Shown: positions 18,505 through 27,210, counted from the first letter of the stretch. The stretch is DNA of 52,300 nucleotides from a virus (IMGVR_UViG_3300047476_000672:1-52300), one strand, 5' to 3'. The notes: generated from the sequence alone by a model not told the origin. Made by a program: numbers and translations.

Positions 18505-18572
18505 GCTTATAACACGGGTTTGGCGCAAGCCTCGTTCCTCAGCCTGTCGCCAAGCCGCAAAACGTTATACGC
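18505..18572. mobile_element. attC-like recombination site 2
   Basis: TATAAC-acg-GGTTTGGCG...CGCCAAGCC-gcaaaac-GTTATA. Confidence 0.7.
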
Positions 18573-18574
18573 AA

Positions 18575-18796
18575 TCAATCAAAACTTAAGTTTTCTTCAC
18601 TTCTTAACTCATGCAGTTTATACCTTGCCTCGTCTAGTGCCTTATATGCATTTTCAGATAAGTCTTCATGCTTTAGTTTGTTACGTAAGTATTGGTCAAA
18701 CTGCCAAGCTAAATAATACCACTTGCTACCGTTAAGACACATCTCCATTTCTTCTTTGTCTTCTATGCTGTCAAATTCTATTGTTATTTTTGCCAT
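18575..18796 (-). CDS. hypothetical protein
   Basis: Likely start MAKITIEFD. Confidence 0.65.
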   Translation of the reverse strand: MAKITIEFDSIEDKEEMEMCLNGSKWYYLAWQFDQYLRNKLKHEDLSENAYKALDEARYKLHELRSEENLSFD

Positions 18797-19046
18797 CTGT
18801 TTTATTGTTAAAAATATCATCTAAATAGTCAGACCTAAAAGAACTACCTCCAACCATATCTTCAGTAGGCGGCTCAATAACGTGGTCTTGCTTTATTTTA
18901 AAGTCTGGGAATACACTCGTAAATACCTTTACAGCATCACGTACAGTAGATGGTGCGTATGTGTGCCTACCGTGCGCGTACCTAGCTGCCATCCAGAGTA
19001 TATCATCTATCGCTGACTGCAATCTTTTTTCATCTGATTTTTTCAT
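18771..19046 (-). CDS. hypothetical protein
   Basis: MAARYAHGRHTYAPS motif. Confidence 0.65.
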   Translation of the reverse strand: MKKSDEKRLQSAIDDILWMAARYAHGRHTYAPSTVRDAVKVFTSVFPDFKIKQDHVIEPPTEDMVGGSSFRSDYLDDIFNNKTDGKNNNRI

Positions 19047-19347
19047 TCTATTCTGATTTAAAAATATGGTATTACATTGTTTTCAATACACCATAAGTAA
19101 TACTCTTCGTTGTTGTCAATATTTACTGTTTTCATTCTATTCTGATTTAAACGGTGAAATTCCTAATTCTATTTTTCCTTTGTGTTTTGACTTTTCTCCT
19201 GTAAAATGTACTAAAGAAACAGTTCCCCATACTTTTTTACCGTTTCTTATGAAATACATTTTTGCACCTAAGTCTGGTTGTCCTAACTTGTTGTAAGTTT
19301 CGGAGTCAAAATATCTTTTTGCCATTCCCATTCTATTCTGATTTAAA
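19044..19347 (-). repeat. three exact 19-bp gene-junction repeats TTTAAATCAGAATAGAATG
   Basis: Copies at 19044-19062, 19133-19151 and 19329-19347. Confidence 0.9.
19137..19331 (-). CDS. small hypothetical protein ending FKSE
   Basis: 64 aa, bounded by junction repeats. Confidence 0.65.
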   Translation of the reverse strand: MGMAKRYFDSETYNKLGQPDLGAKMYFIRNGKKVWGTVSLVHFTGEKSKHKGKIELGISPFKSE

Positions 19348-19554
19348 GGTTAATTCTTTTATCCAGTCTTCAAATTTAATTATAGGAAGATTTGCTCTAT
19401 CACATCTTATACAAAACTCCGCATATTCTTCTGCTATATCTTTCTCCATTTGTTTGGCTTGTTCAATTTCTTTCTGCCATTGTTCTGTGTGGTCTCCGCA
19501 TATCTGTTCAACCAACCATTCTACTGCTGTTAACTGTTTTTCCATTCCTTCCAT
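19333..19554 (-). CDS. small hypothetical protein (TAVEWL family) ending FKSE
   Basis: TAVEWL...IEQAKQMEK. Confidence 0.7.
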   Translation of the reverse strand: MEGMEKQLTAVEWLVEQICGDHTEQWQKEIEQAKQMEKDIAEEYAEFCIRCDRANLPIIKFEDWIKELTFKSE

Positions 19555-19688
19555 GTTTCAAAATCTTTTAGTTTATCTTCTTTCTCTTTAGCTTTCTTCA
19601 GCAACGAATGCCATCTAAACTTATCTTTAGGCTCGTCCCATAGTTTATAGAATAGCCATTCGACTGGACTTAAATTTTCTTTATCCAT
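19530..19688 (-). CDS. 52 aa hypothetical protein (xVEWL family; not in ORF track)
   Basis: MDKENLSPVEWLFYKLW...LKKAKEKE. Confidence 0.55.
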   Translation of the reverse strand: MDKENLSPVEWLFYKLWDEPKDKFRWHSLLKKAKEKEDKLKDFETWKEWKNS

Positions 19689-19828
19689 ATAACTTTATTT
19701 TAGAACATTTTTCACAAACTTCAAAGTCATGACCATAGTCTTTTCTTATTATCCATTTATACTTATGAATACAGAAAAAATGCTGGTGAAAAAACTTTTT
19801 AATACTTAGTACAATATCTCCAATCATA

Positions 19829-20143
19829 TTACTTAGTTTTAGTTAATACTTTATGTTTATACCTCCTGTGGTCTCTTTGAGTAGCAGCATGCTCTTCTTT
19901 ACTTTTGTAGTACTGCTTCCAACCACCTCTTTTTTCTCTGTCATCTAAATTCTTTTGCCTTCTTTCAGGAAATAATTCAAATTGAATTAATCGTTTATTG
20001 ACATTGAATTGTTTTGACAAAGAATGAATTGACATACCATCATTGTATAATACATGAATCATTTCCTTCATGCATGGTAGTAATTTAACTCTCCTATCAA
20101 AGAATGGAGAGTCTAGTTTCATCTTATCTGTCTTGTAGGGCAT
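19829..20143 (-). CDS. HTH-containing protein
   Basis: GMSIHSLSKQFNVNKRLIQF. Confidence 0.6.
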   Translation of the reverse strand: MPYKTDKMKLDSPFFDRRVKLLPCMKEMIHVLYNDGMSIHSLSKQFNVNKRLIQFELFPERRQKNLDDREKRGGWKQYYKSKEEHAATQRDHRRYKHKVLTKTK

Positions 20144-20144
20144 A

Positions 20145-20684
20145 TCACTTATATTTTTCTGCTATTTGCTTTAACTTACTTACGTAGTTAGGGTCTTCAG
20201 CATAGTTATCAGCAAGATACTGATAATAATCGTCTTCATTCTTAATTTTTCTTAAAAAAGCTGATTGGAATAATGCGTAATCCTGAACAGAGAAAGTCCA
20301 ATGTTGATAGTGAGCGTGACCTCTACTTTCTCCTAGAGCTGTAGTTGGTCTTGACTTAGCTACCTTCATTCCAAAAGCATTATGTGAATGAATAAAGATG
20401 TTAGATTTAAACCTTGCTGTTTCCACTAATGCTTGAGCCATTACTATATGAGGAAATTTAATTCCACATTTTTTAATGTACTGATAAAAGTTTTCTTGGC
20501 TAAAGGCTAAAGGTCCAACCTCTATTAACTTTTCTTTGTTAACTATCTTATGCTTAACAATAACATCTGGCTTTGCAGTACTCATCGTTAGCATTAAACC
20601 AAAGAATATTGCTATTAACACATAAATCAATTTAAGTTCTAATCTTCTATAGATTAAATCCTTGTTGTCGAAATAATAAATCAT
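20145..20684 (-). CDS. GH73 glucosaminidase-domain protein with N-terminal membrane anchor
   Basis: MAQALVET...HNAFGMK...YAEDPNYVSKL; TM LIYVLIAIFFGLMLTM. Confidence 0.85.
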   Translation of the reverse strand: MIYYFDNKDLIYRRLELKLIYVLIAIFFGLMLTMSTAKPDVIVKHKIVNKEKLIEVGPLAFSQENFYQYIKKCGIKFPHIVMAQALVETARFKSNIFIHSHNAFGMKVAKSRPTTALGESRGHAHYQHWTFSVQDYALFQSAFLRKIKNEDDYYQYLADNYAEDPNYVSKLKQIAEKYK

Positions 20685-20708
20685 AATGTTTAATTTTAAA
20701 GTTTATAG

Positions 20709-21065
20709 CTACGCTTTTATTAATACCTTATCATATTTTTCTTGTAGAAGTTTATCTTCCGGTGATAAAGAATTAATCATTTCAGCTCTTTTATTTTTTG
20801 TTTTTTGTTTGTGATAAGTGTAATATTTTACCTTGGTTGTTTTATGAATTTCATTGTGACATATTGAACATAGTGTTGTTAAATCACAATTAGAATATTG
20901 CCACGGCTTCTTGTTATGTATATATCTTTTGTGGTGAACTTGAAGACATGATTTAGAACCACATGATGTACATTTTCCGCAGTCTCTTTTTATTATTTCA
21001 ATTCTTTTTGATAACCATCTTTTGTCTTGAAGTAATAATCCGTAAGGTTGTTTATTTTTTCCCAT
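20709..21065 (-). CDS. HNH endonuclease
   Basis: RDCGKCTSCG...LQVHH...LTTLCSICHNEIH. Confidence 0.9.
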   Translation of the reverse strand: MGKNKQPYGLLLQDKRWLSKRIEIIKRDCGKCTSCGSKSCLQVHHKRYIHNKKPWQYSNCDLTTLCSICHNEIHKTTKVKYYTYHKQKTKNKRAEMINSLSPEDKLLQEKYDKVLIKA

Positions 21066-21343
21066 TATTGCTTTTGTTAGATTATGAAACTAAGCAAGGT
21101 GATAGAAAATAAGTCTAACCCCCTTCCCCCTAAAGAGAATTAGACTTATAATCACCATTATTGCTTCCGTTGAGTTACTCACATCGCTTTAGGCTGATGG
21201 CGGGTAATAAGTCTTTAGAACACCCATCTCCATCATTTAAGATTACATTATAGACACCACAGTAAAACAGGATGTCTGTTCCTTCCTTGTGAGTTGGAGA
21301 AGTACCTACGCTTATGTACGATGCCTCATCTAAGAATAGGGAT

Positions 21344-21454
21344 AAAAAAAAATCCCTGAAACGCTCCAACCGAATCAGGGACTTATCATGCTAAAAAAGG
21401 AAACTAAAACATGAAAAATATCTTACTGTCTGTTGGAGTGACAATGCAAATATA
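21344..21454 (-). promoter_or_regulatory. promoter plus leader RNA with 5' seed/terminator-loop pairing (copy B)
   Basis: TATATTTG 21454-21447; CTCCAAC 21438-21432; hairpin TCCCTGA/TCAGGGA with GTTGGAG in the loop; T9. Confidence 0.7.
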
Positions 21455-21496
21455 AATAAAAAATCATTCGTGGTTATTTTTTTTGAGTAAAAATTT

Positions 21497-21889
21497 TTAA
21501 TTCACCCATGAAGAATATCTTTCGTAGGCAGCCTGAGTAATAGATGAAAGATTGTTTTGTTCTATATCAAACTGTACGTTGATACCTGTACCGGCTGAGT
21601 TCATTACATATAAGCTGTCATCAGCTATAATGTAGGTAGAAGGTCTATATTCAATCTGTATTGGTAACTGTGGTAGTTCATCACCTTCCATTACTGCTTC
21701 GAGTACCTCTTCCCAAAAGTCATAGCATTCAAGTGAATCACTCCAATCAAATAGAGAAAGGAAATCTATTTCAAAACAGATTGCTTGCTGCTGTAAATCA
21801 GACGGTTTATCCATGTTATTGATAACCGCATCTACATATTTGTTGGGCAATTTTTCTAATAGCATTTCAAGTATTGTCATCTGATTCAT
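21497..21889 (-). CDS. acidic hypothetical protein
   Basis: 130 aa; FDWS...DFW motif. Confidence 0.7.
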   Translation of the reverse strand: MNQMTILEMLLEKLPNKYVDAVINNMDKPSDLQQQAICFEIDFLSLFDWSDSLECYDFWEEVLEAVMEGDELPQLPIQIEYRPSTYIIADDSLYVMNSAGTGINVQFDIEQNNLSSITQAAYERYSSWVN

Positions 21890-22086
21890 TTTATTACTAA
21901 TTTAATTATTAAATAAGAACTGGGCTTTGTAGTACGGAAACATATAGCAATTCACTAGACTTGAAATCTTTATTGAATAATGCTATTGCTTCAGCGTAAT
22001 CCTTAGCTTGAATGTTTACACCTGTGCACAATTCTTTGCCCACCATGTAACAGAAATGATAAATATTTTTTTTCATTTTTTATAAT

Positions 22087-22389
22087 TTAAAATTCACCGT
22101 AATTATACTCGTCATAGAAATCCCTTTCGTCTTTCTCATACTCATACCAGTCTATTGAATCATTGATATATTTCTCAACCTTTTCAAGTAAATCATCTGA
22201 TGGTGTAAATACAATGTAATCACCGATTTCATCGTCATACCTAGCAATATCAATGCTTTGAAGCTCTACATAATAGTCACTTGATATAGCATCAAATGTG
22301 CATTTATAATTTACATACTTAACTAGGTAATCTATTCCATCAATTGTTATTTCTTGCTCGTTTGAACTTCTATTGTCTAGCATAATCAT
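22087..22389 (-). CDS. acidic hypothetical protein
   Basis: 100 aa, D/E/Y-rich. Confidence 0.65.
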   Translation of the reverse strand: MIMLDNRSSNEQEITIDGIDYLVKYVNYKCTFDAISSDYYVELQSIDIARYDDEIGDYIVFTPSDDLLEKVEKYINDSIDWYEYEKDERDFYDEYNYGEF

Positions 22390-22561
22390 CTATTTACTTG
22401 ATACAAAATATTCTCTACTACTTCGCTCCAATTAGATGTTGTGTCATCTGCGTAAAAGCTTTCGTAGTTTTCCATAACGTACTGAATGTGGTCATCGTTA
22501 ACATACATATTAATGTTACTTGCCACGTTAATAACGTCTTGTCTATCTATGTGTCCCATAA

Positions 22562-22777
22562 CTATAAGTTTTTAAAGTGTTCTAAAAATTGTTCAAAGTT
22601 TTTATCGCTTGTGCCCATGCCGAATGATTCACCAGCTGCAAAAAATAATGATAATACTGCTTGTTCCCTTGCTAATAATAACAAATCAATTAGTTCAATT
22701 AGTTGTTCTTTAGTGTAACTCTCTTGCATTCTGTCTATACTTATGGAATGCATTAATGATTCTAGTGTTGTTTTCAT
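22562..22777 (-). CDS. hypothetical protein
   Basis: 71 aa ORF in operon. Confidence 0.6.
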   Translation of the reverse strand: MKTTLESLMHSISIDRMQESYTKEQLIELIDLLLLAREQAVLSLFFAAGESFGMGTSDKNFEQFLEHFKNL

Positions 22778-22779
22778 GG

Positions 22780-23145
22780 CTATTTATTTTCGTTGTACCA
22801 CTTAATGAATTCGCACACACAATGATAAGTTATACCAATCTTTTCGTTTACTTTATATCCTAGTAAAATTAATTCAGATAGCGAGTATGAAAACCTTAAT
22901 ACTCCAGTTCTTTCTCCTGTAATTATTTCTGTCTGAGTTTTATGAATTATTACTTCACATAGATTATTATTTGTTTTTTCAATATTCTCAACTACTGGCA
23001 TTAACCAATCCCATGAGGTATGGTATTTTAATTCGCTAGTCATGTATCCTTGTTCAAAGTAAATTCCGTCACTTCTCATCTCTTTTAATTCGCTGATATA
23101 ATCATCATCATTTTTGAATTTTAATCCCATAAACTCCGCAATCAT
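22780..23145 (-). CDS. conserved phage hypothetical protein
   Basis: IAEFMG...YHTSWDWLMPVVE...EFIKWYN. Confidence 0.75.
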   Translation of the reverse strand: MIAEFMGLKFKNDDDYISELKEMRSDGIYFEQGYMTSELKYHTSWDWLMPVVENIEKTNNNLCEVIIHKTQTEIITGERTGVLRFSYSLSELILLGYKVNEKIGITYHCVCEFIKWYNENK

Positions 23146-23168
23146 TGCGTTTTTCTCTTAAATTGTTT

Positions 23169-23510
23169 TCATGGCTCTATTATTTGATAATCGAATCCTA
23201 TTTCGTCCCAACCTGATGTTGGCTTTGTCCACTGGAATGATTCCGTATAAACGGCAACTACATTCATTAAATACTTTTCCTTTTCGGGGCGTTCTAAGAG
23301 TACTTTCTCTATTCCAGTAAGGTAATAGTCGTACCACTCATTAAAAACGTCCTGAACGTCCTCTTTGTAGAATAAAACGTCACCTGATTCCTTGTACATT
23401 TCCTCTTCGGTGATGTTAAGCTCAAACATTGTTCTTGCGTGAGCCAATTCTGATGCTAGTTCAATAATTCTTTCCATAGTTATTGTTTTATAGTTTTTCC
23501 ACTCCTTCAA
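23169..23510 (-). CDS. acidic hypothetical protein
   Basis: About 100-113 aa ORF in operon. Confidence 0.6.
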   Translation of the reverse strand: MKEWKNYKTITMERIIELASELAHARTMFELNITEEEMYKESGDVLFYKEDVQDVFNEWYDYYLTGIEKVLLERPEKEKYLMNVVAVYTESFQWTKPTSGWDEIGFDYQIIEP

Positions 23511-23718
23511 CGTCTGCGGCTACATCCATTGAGAACCATATTTGTTCGATTGTTGCGTCATTCCTCATTGTTGAGTGTAGTATATCCATTGCTGTATCTT
23601 CATCGCAATCGTAATTGTTCATTACATCGTCAATATGCCAAAGGTTATCTGTATAGTAACCGTATTTTTTAAGTATTAACTTTGCGTTTTCTACTTCTTC
23701 TTTTCTATTTTTTGCCAT
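23488..23718 (-). CDS. acidic hypothetical protein
   Basis: 76 aa; LWHIDDV...AMDIL. Confidence 0.65.
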   Translation of the reverse strand: MAKNRKEEVENAKLILKKYGYYTDNLWHIDDVMNNYDCDEDTAMDILHSTMRNDATIEQIWFSMDVAADVEGVEKL

Positions 23719-23721
23719 GTC

Positions 23722-23928
23722 TTATCTTTTTATTTGGTATTCGTTTTCTGTTACGTATTCAATTAAGGGAATAGGAATCCCTTTCTTGTATTGGTCAATT
23801 AATTCTAGGTCGCTAACTGTTCTGCTAAATGAAAGTGTTTGTTCATCTACAATTAATTCAACCATTACTGTATAAGCGAATTCGTTTATTGGTCGAATTG
23901 ACGCTAATTTAATTCTTGCTTGTTTCAT
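23722..23928 (-). CDS. hypothetical protein
   Basis: 68 aa. Confidence 0.6.
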   Translation of the reverse strand: MKQARIKLASIRPINEFAYTVMVELIVDEQTLSFSRTVSDLELIDQYKKGIPIPLIEYVTENEYQIKR

Positions 23929-23950
23929 ATTTAAAAGTGTTGATAGTGAA

Positions 23951-24838
23951 TTATGCTCCTAGACCCCATTCTTTTTTACAGTCATTACAGATAAAGCAAT
24001 TGTATTCGTGAAAGTAACTAGACTTTACATCTCTATCGCAGCAATCGCAACCGCTAACTTGATACTCTTCGTTCAATGCTTTGTCTGATTCCATGCACCA
24101 ATCGCATTTACCATTGTTTATCTCATTGATTCCGTATAGTTTTATATCGCAGTTAGTACATGAGTAAAAATCTTCTTCCTCATCTAGCCACATTGAACCT
24201 GCTGAATGATAAGTTGACTGTGTTTTGGGTGTGTACGCCCATGCGTTATATTGATTCTTGTAAACTTTTTTGCCTCCATAATCAACATAATTGTTTACTT
24301 GCTTATAAGATGAATTACTAAACCAACAATCCATATTCCAATGACCGGCTTTCTCGTTAACAATTCTGTATTCATTATCTGAATTAAGGAATACTAATTT
24401 AGAACCTTGACCTATATATAATTCAAGCATATCCATGATTACATCATTGTACTCAAATCCATCTTTCATATTCTTAAGTATTGTCTCATTGAACATATAA
24501 GTATCTGAAAAATCTTTGCTTGTTGGTACATCGTAAATCATTCCGTTATGGACAAAGCCTAAGTCATTATTAACTAAGAATGGGTGACAATTTGTTTTAT
24601 TTACCTTGCCATGAGTACTGATACGGAAATGTAAAACGATATTGTTTTTACCGTATTTTCTTTTGATGTCAATGTAGTTGGAATAAAAGTTCTCAAAAGA
24701 TTTCATTTCCTTGAACACTTGCATTTTGTTATTGTCAATGTAAAGTATTCCCGCACCATCGCCATTGTTTTCCCAACAGTTAGATAAAATATCTTTTGAT
24801 AATGTTGTTTTCTTCGTGTTTAAAATTGCTATACACAT
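23951..24838 (-). CDS. class II (Ntn) glutamine amidotransferase with C-terminal CxxC pairs
   Basis: N-terminal MC nucleophile, NGDGAG, HFRISTHG, NCHPF, HNG, SDT. Confidence 0.9.
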   Translation of the reverse strand: MCIAILNTKKTTLSKDILSNCWENNGDGAGILYIDNNKMQVFKEMKSFENFYSNYIDIKRKYGKNNIVLHFRISTHGKVNKTNCHPFLVNNDLGFVHNGMIYDVPTSKDFSDTYMFNETILKNMKDGFEYNDVIMDMLELYIGQGSKLVFLNSDNEYRIVNEKAGHWNMDCWFSNSSYKQVNNYVDYGGKKVYKNQYNAWAYTPKTQSTYHSAGSMWLDEEEDFYSCTNCDIKLYGINEINNGKCDWCMESDKALNEEYQVSGCDCCDRDVKSSYFHEYNCFICNDCKKEWGLGA

Positions 24839-24865
24839 GATTTCCTTTTTTAAAATGATTATTAA

Positions 24866-26353
24866 TTATGCACCTAGTTGGTTAGATGCGTTTTCTATTG
24901 TGTCAACTTTTACTTGTGACCTGATTAGTTTAGGTAATTGCTTATCGTTAAATGATTGACTATATTTTATGAACAATTCTACTTTGTCAATTAACTTTTC
25001 TTGTGAATATACAAGACGTAAATGTTTGTAAAGTTTACTCTTTGGATTCATCATCATTTGAAGTATTTCGATTTCGGATAAACCTTTGTAGTAAGATTCG
25101 AATCCTTTAATCTTTGTTTCTTTGATTGAAGAACACATGATACGTAGTAAATCCCTGCGCCACAATAAGTTAGTAACATTCTTTACTGCACTTGGTATTC
25201 TAAATTCAAGAACATTTGATTTGATATATACTGCTGAATACTTATCAGAAGAATATTTGTAGCTATGTTTCTTTCTTGCCTTAGAATAATTTGTTTCAAT
25301 CCTATGTTCATACATTGAATAGAACAATGGCAACCAACCTGATAAGTGTTCGAACAATGTTTCTGTATCGAATAAGCTAGAAGCTACATTGATATGACCG
25401 CCACATGAAGATGAAGTATTCGCATTGATTAATGTTTGCAAGTCTGAATCTTTAGCTATTTCGTCCTCAAGGTCTGATGAATAAAGGTCAAATGCTGGTG
25501 TTACAAGTTCGTATCCGCTACTGTCACAAAGAGAACCATCTTTTTCTTTAATCCAATCTGTTCTGTCGTAAAGGTCTTGATATTCTATTTCCACCGCATT
25601 ATCATCTTCCTTTTCTATTTCAAAACCAATTGAAAACTTAGGTGCTTCGTCAAATCTTTTTGTTCTTCTAAGGTCATGGTAACTAGCATTTTTTTCTATT
25701 GGATAGTCTTCATCAGTATACCATTCGTCATGACCTTCGTGGTATATTAAGCCATGATACCTAGCTGCGTCAGAATCCATATAGTTATCGCCATTTATTC
25801 TTAATGGTTGTCCGTAGCTCAATTGAAAATGTGTTTCATAGTCATGACCTTCTACATAACCGTAAAATACATCATCTCTATCTGTCTCAACCATTTCGCA
25901 ATGGTATTCAGAATAAGCAATATCTAGTTCACATTCTGTACTTTCAATGTATGTATTTCCATGTTTTGTTCTATAAACCTCATCAATTGGTGCGTATTCG
26001 TCATTAAGTGTAGCAAATTTACATTCGCTTTTCCAAGCATACTCACCGTTGTACATTTCAACAATAAGTTCGGGGTCTACATTCCTAACTATTTCGCCGT
26101 CATGTAGTACAAATTCATTTTCGAATTGCATAAATTTTTCGTTCCATTCTTGTATCGTTATTACCTGATATTCTTCTGACGGTTCACCAACACAATCTGA
26201 AAACATTACTTCATCGTCATATATGTAGAAACAGTTAACAGAATCTCCAGACCATGAATTGTTAGTCTTTCTGTTTATTAAATCAATGTAGCTTTGAAAC
26301 ATTTGTTTCTCACTAGAATTGAAATTTTCCGAGTTTAAAATTGCTATTTTCAT
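24866..26353 (-). CDS. putative amidoligase (COOH-NH2 ligase, glutamine synthetase/GCS2-like fold)
   Basis: IGFEIE, KDGSL, GYELVTP, SCGGHINV, KYSAV, LEFR motifs. Confidence 0.8.
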   Translation of the reverse strand: MKIAILNSENFNSSEKQMFQSYIDLINRKTNNSWSGDSVNCFYIYDDEVMFSDCVGEPSEEYQVITIQEWNEKFMQFENEFVLHDGEIVRNVDPELIVEMYNGEYAWKSECKFATLNDEYAPIDEVYRTKHGNTYIESTECELDIAYSEYHCEMVETDRDDVFYGYVEGHDYETHFQLSYGQPLRINGDNYMDSDAARYHGLIYHEGHDEWYTDEDYPIEKNASYHDLRRTKRFDEAPKFSIGFEIEKEDDNAVEIEYQDLYDRTDWIKEKDGSLCDSSGYELVTPAFDLYSSDLEDEIAKDSDLQTLINANTSSSCGGHINVASSLFDTETLFEHLSGWLPLFYSMYEHRIETNYSKARKKHSYKYSSDKYSAVYIKSNVLEFRIPSAVKNVTNLLWRRDLLRIMCSSIKETKIKGFESYYKGLSEIEILQMMMNPKSKLYKHLRLVYSQEKLIDKVELFIKYSQSFNDKQLPKLIRSQVKVDTIENASNQLGA

Positions 26354-26495
26354 CTTATTACCTTTTTTACTTTATACTTTTCCCTTTTACTTTCTTCGCT
26401 ATACATTCCATAGAAATACATAGCAAGTTCAACGGCATGATATTTTGTTTCCGCCATAATTAACCGTTGACTTTTGCCATTACTTACTAAATACA

Positions 26496-26735
26496 TTACA
26501 TATTTTTAAATGATTTTCCCCTACAATTATTCACGTTGAATAACTTTACCGCAATCCGGTGACGTTTCTGTTTTTTGTAGTGTTTTTTATAGTTAAAACC
26601 ATGTATCGGGTCAACATTGTTTGTTGTTGGTGCTGCATCTACTGCATAAGGCAATAGTAAAAATGCAATGGCTATTCCGTAGCCGATAATATACGCCCAA
26701 ACTTTGATGTCTTTGTTTTGATTTCCTTTTTTCAT
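26496..26735 (-). CDS. small membrane-anchored basic protein
   Basis: TM VWAYIIGYGIAIAFLLLPY. Confidence 0.55.
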   Translation of the reverse strand: MKKGNQNKDIKVWAYIIGYGIAIAFLLLPYAVDAAPTTNNVDPIHGFNYKKHYKKQKRHRIAVKLFNVNNCRGKSFKNM

Positions 26736-26746
26736 GTTGTTTATTT

Positions 26747-27016
26747 TTATAGATTATTACTTGCTTCTTCGTAGGTCTCGAAAAACATTTCTTTACGAGT
26801 TTCAAAGTCTATTGTTAAATACTCAACTTCTTGTCCCAACATTGAGCATATTGATATACCATTCTCAAGGGCAATGTAAGTGTATCCGCTATTCGGATTA
26901 AAGCCGATTTGCATAATTGATTCGCCTGAACAATTTTCAGCATAAGCATTGAAACAATTACTCAAACCTTTTGCCTCACAAAAAGCAATTGATTCATTTA
27001 AACCGATAATTTCCAT
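26747..27016 (-). CDS. hypothetical protein
   Basis: GFNPNSGYTYIALENG...E.FF.TYEEA. Confidence 0.7.
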   Translation of the reverse strand: MEIIGLNESIAFCEAKGLSNCFNAYAENCSGESIMQIGFNPNSGYTYIALENGISICSMLGQEVEYLTIDFETRKEMFFETYEEASNNL

Positions 27017-27027
27017 GATATTTATTT

Positions 27028-27210
27028 TTAATTATTAAACTGTTTCATCTTGCTATCTATGTATCCCAAAAATGACAATACAGATAAGCCCAAAGAGCCA
27101 TAGGATAACATAAAATTTTCAACGTATCCGAATATATTTACACCTACATTACTGAAAAATAAGGTAGTGCTAACAATCGCTAACACTACCGACAAGATTA
27201 AATATTTCAT
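27028..27210 (-). CDS. small two-TM protein
   Basis: 60 aa, hydrophobic. Confidence 0.6.
   Translation of the reverse strand: MKYLILSVVLAIVSTTLFFSNVGVNIFGYVENFMLSYGSLGLSVLSFLGYIDSKMKQFNN

Noticed and set aside
17845-18735. ORFs 17845..18174 (+), 18074..18259 (-) and 18520..18735 (+)
   Set aside because: They run through attC-like hairpins or overlap better-supported genes
19044-19347. Mini CRISPR array
   Set aside because: Repeat is only 19 bp; spacers are 70 and 177 bp and are ORFs; no cas genes
21175-21369. 64-aa ORF
   Set aside because: Starts at a non-ATG codon inside the terminator hairpin loop and has no recognisable features
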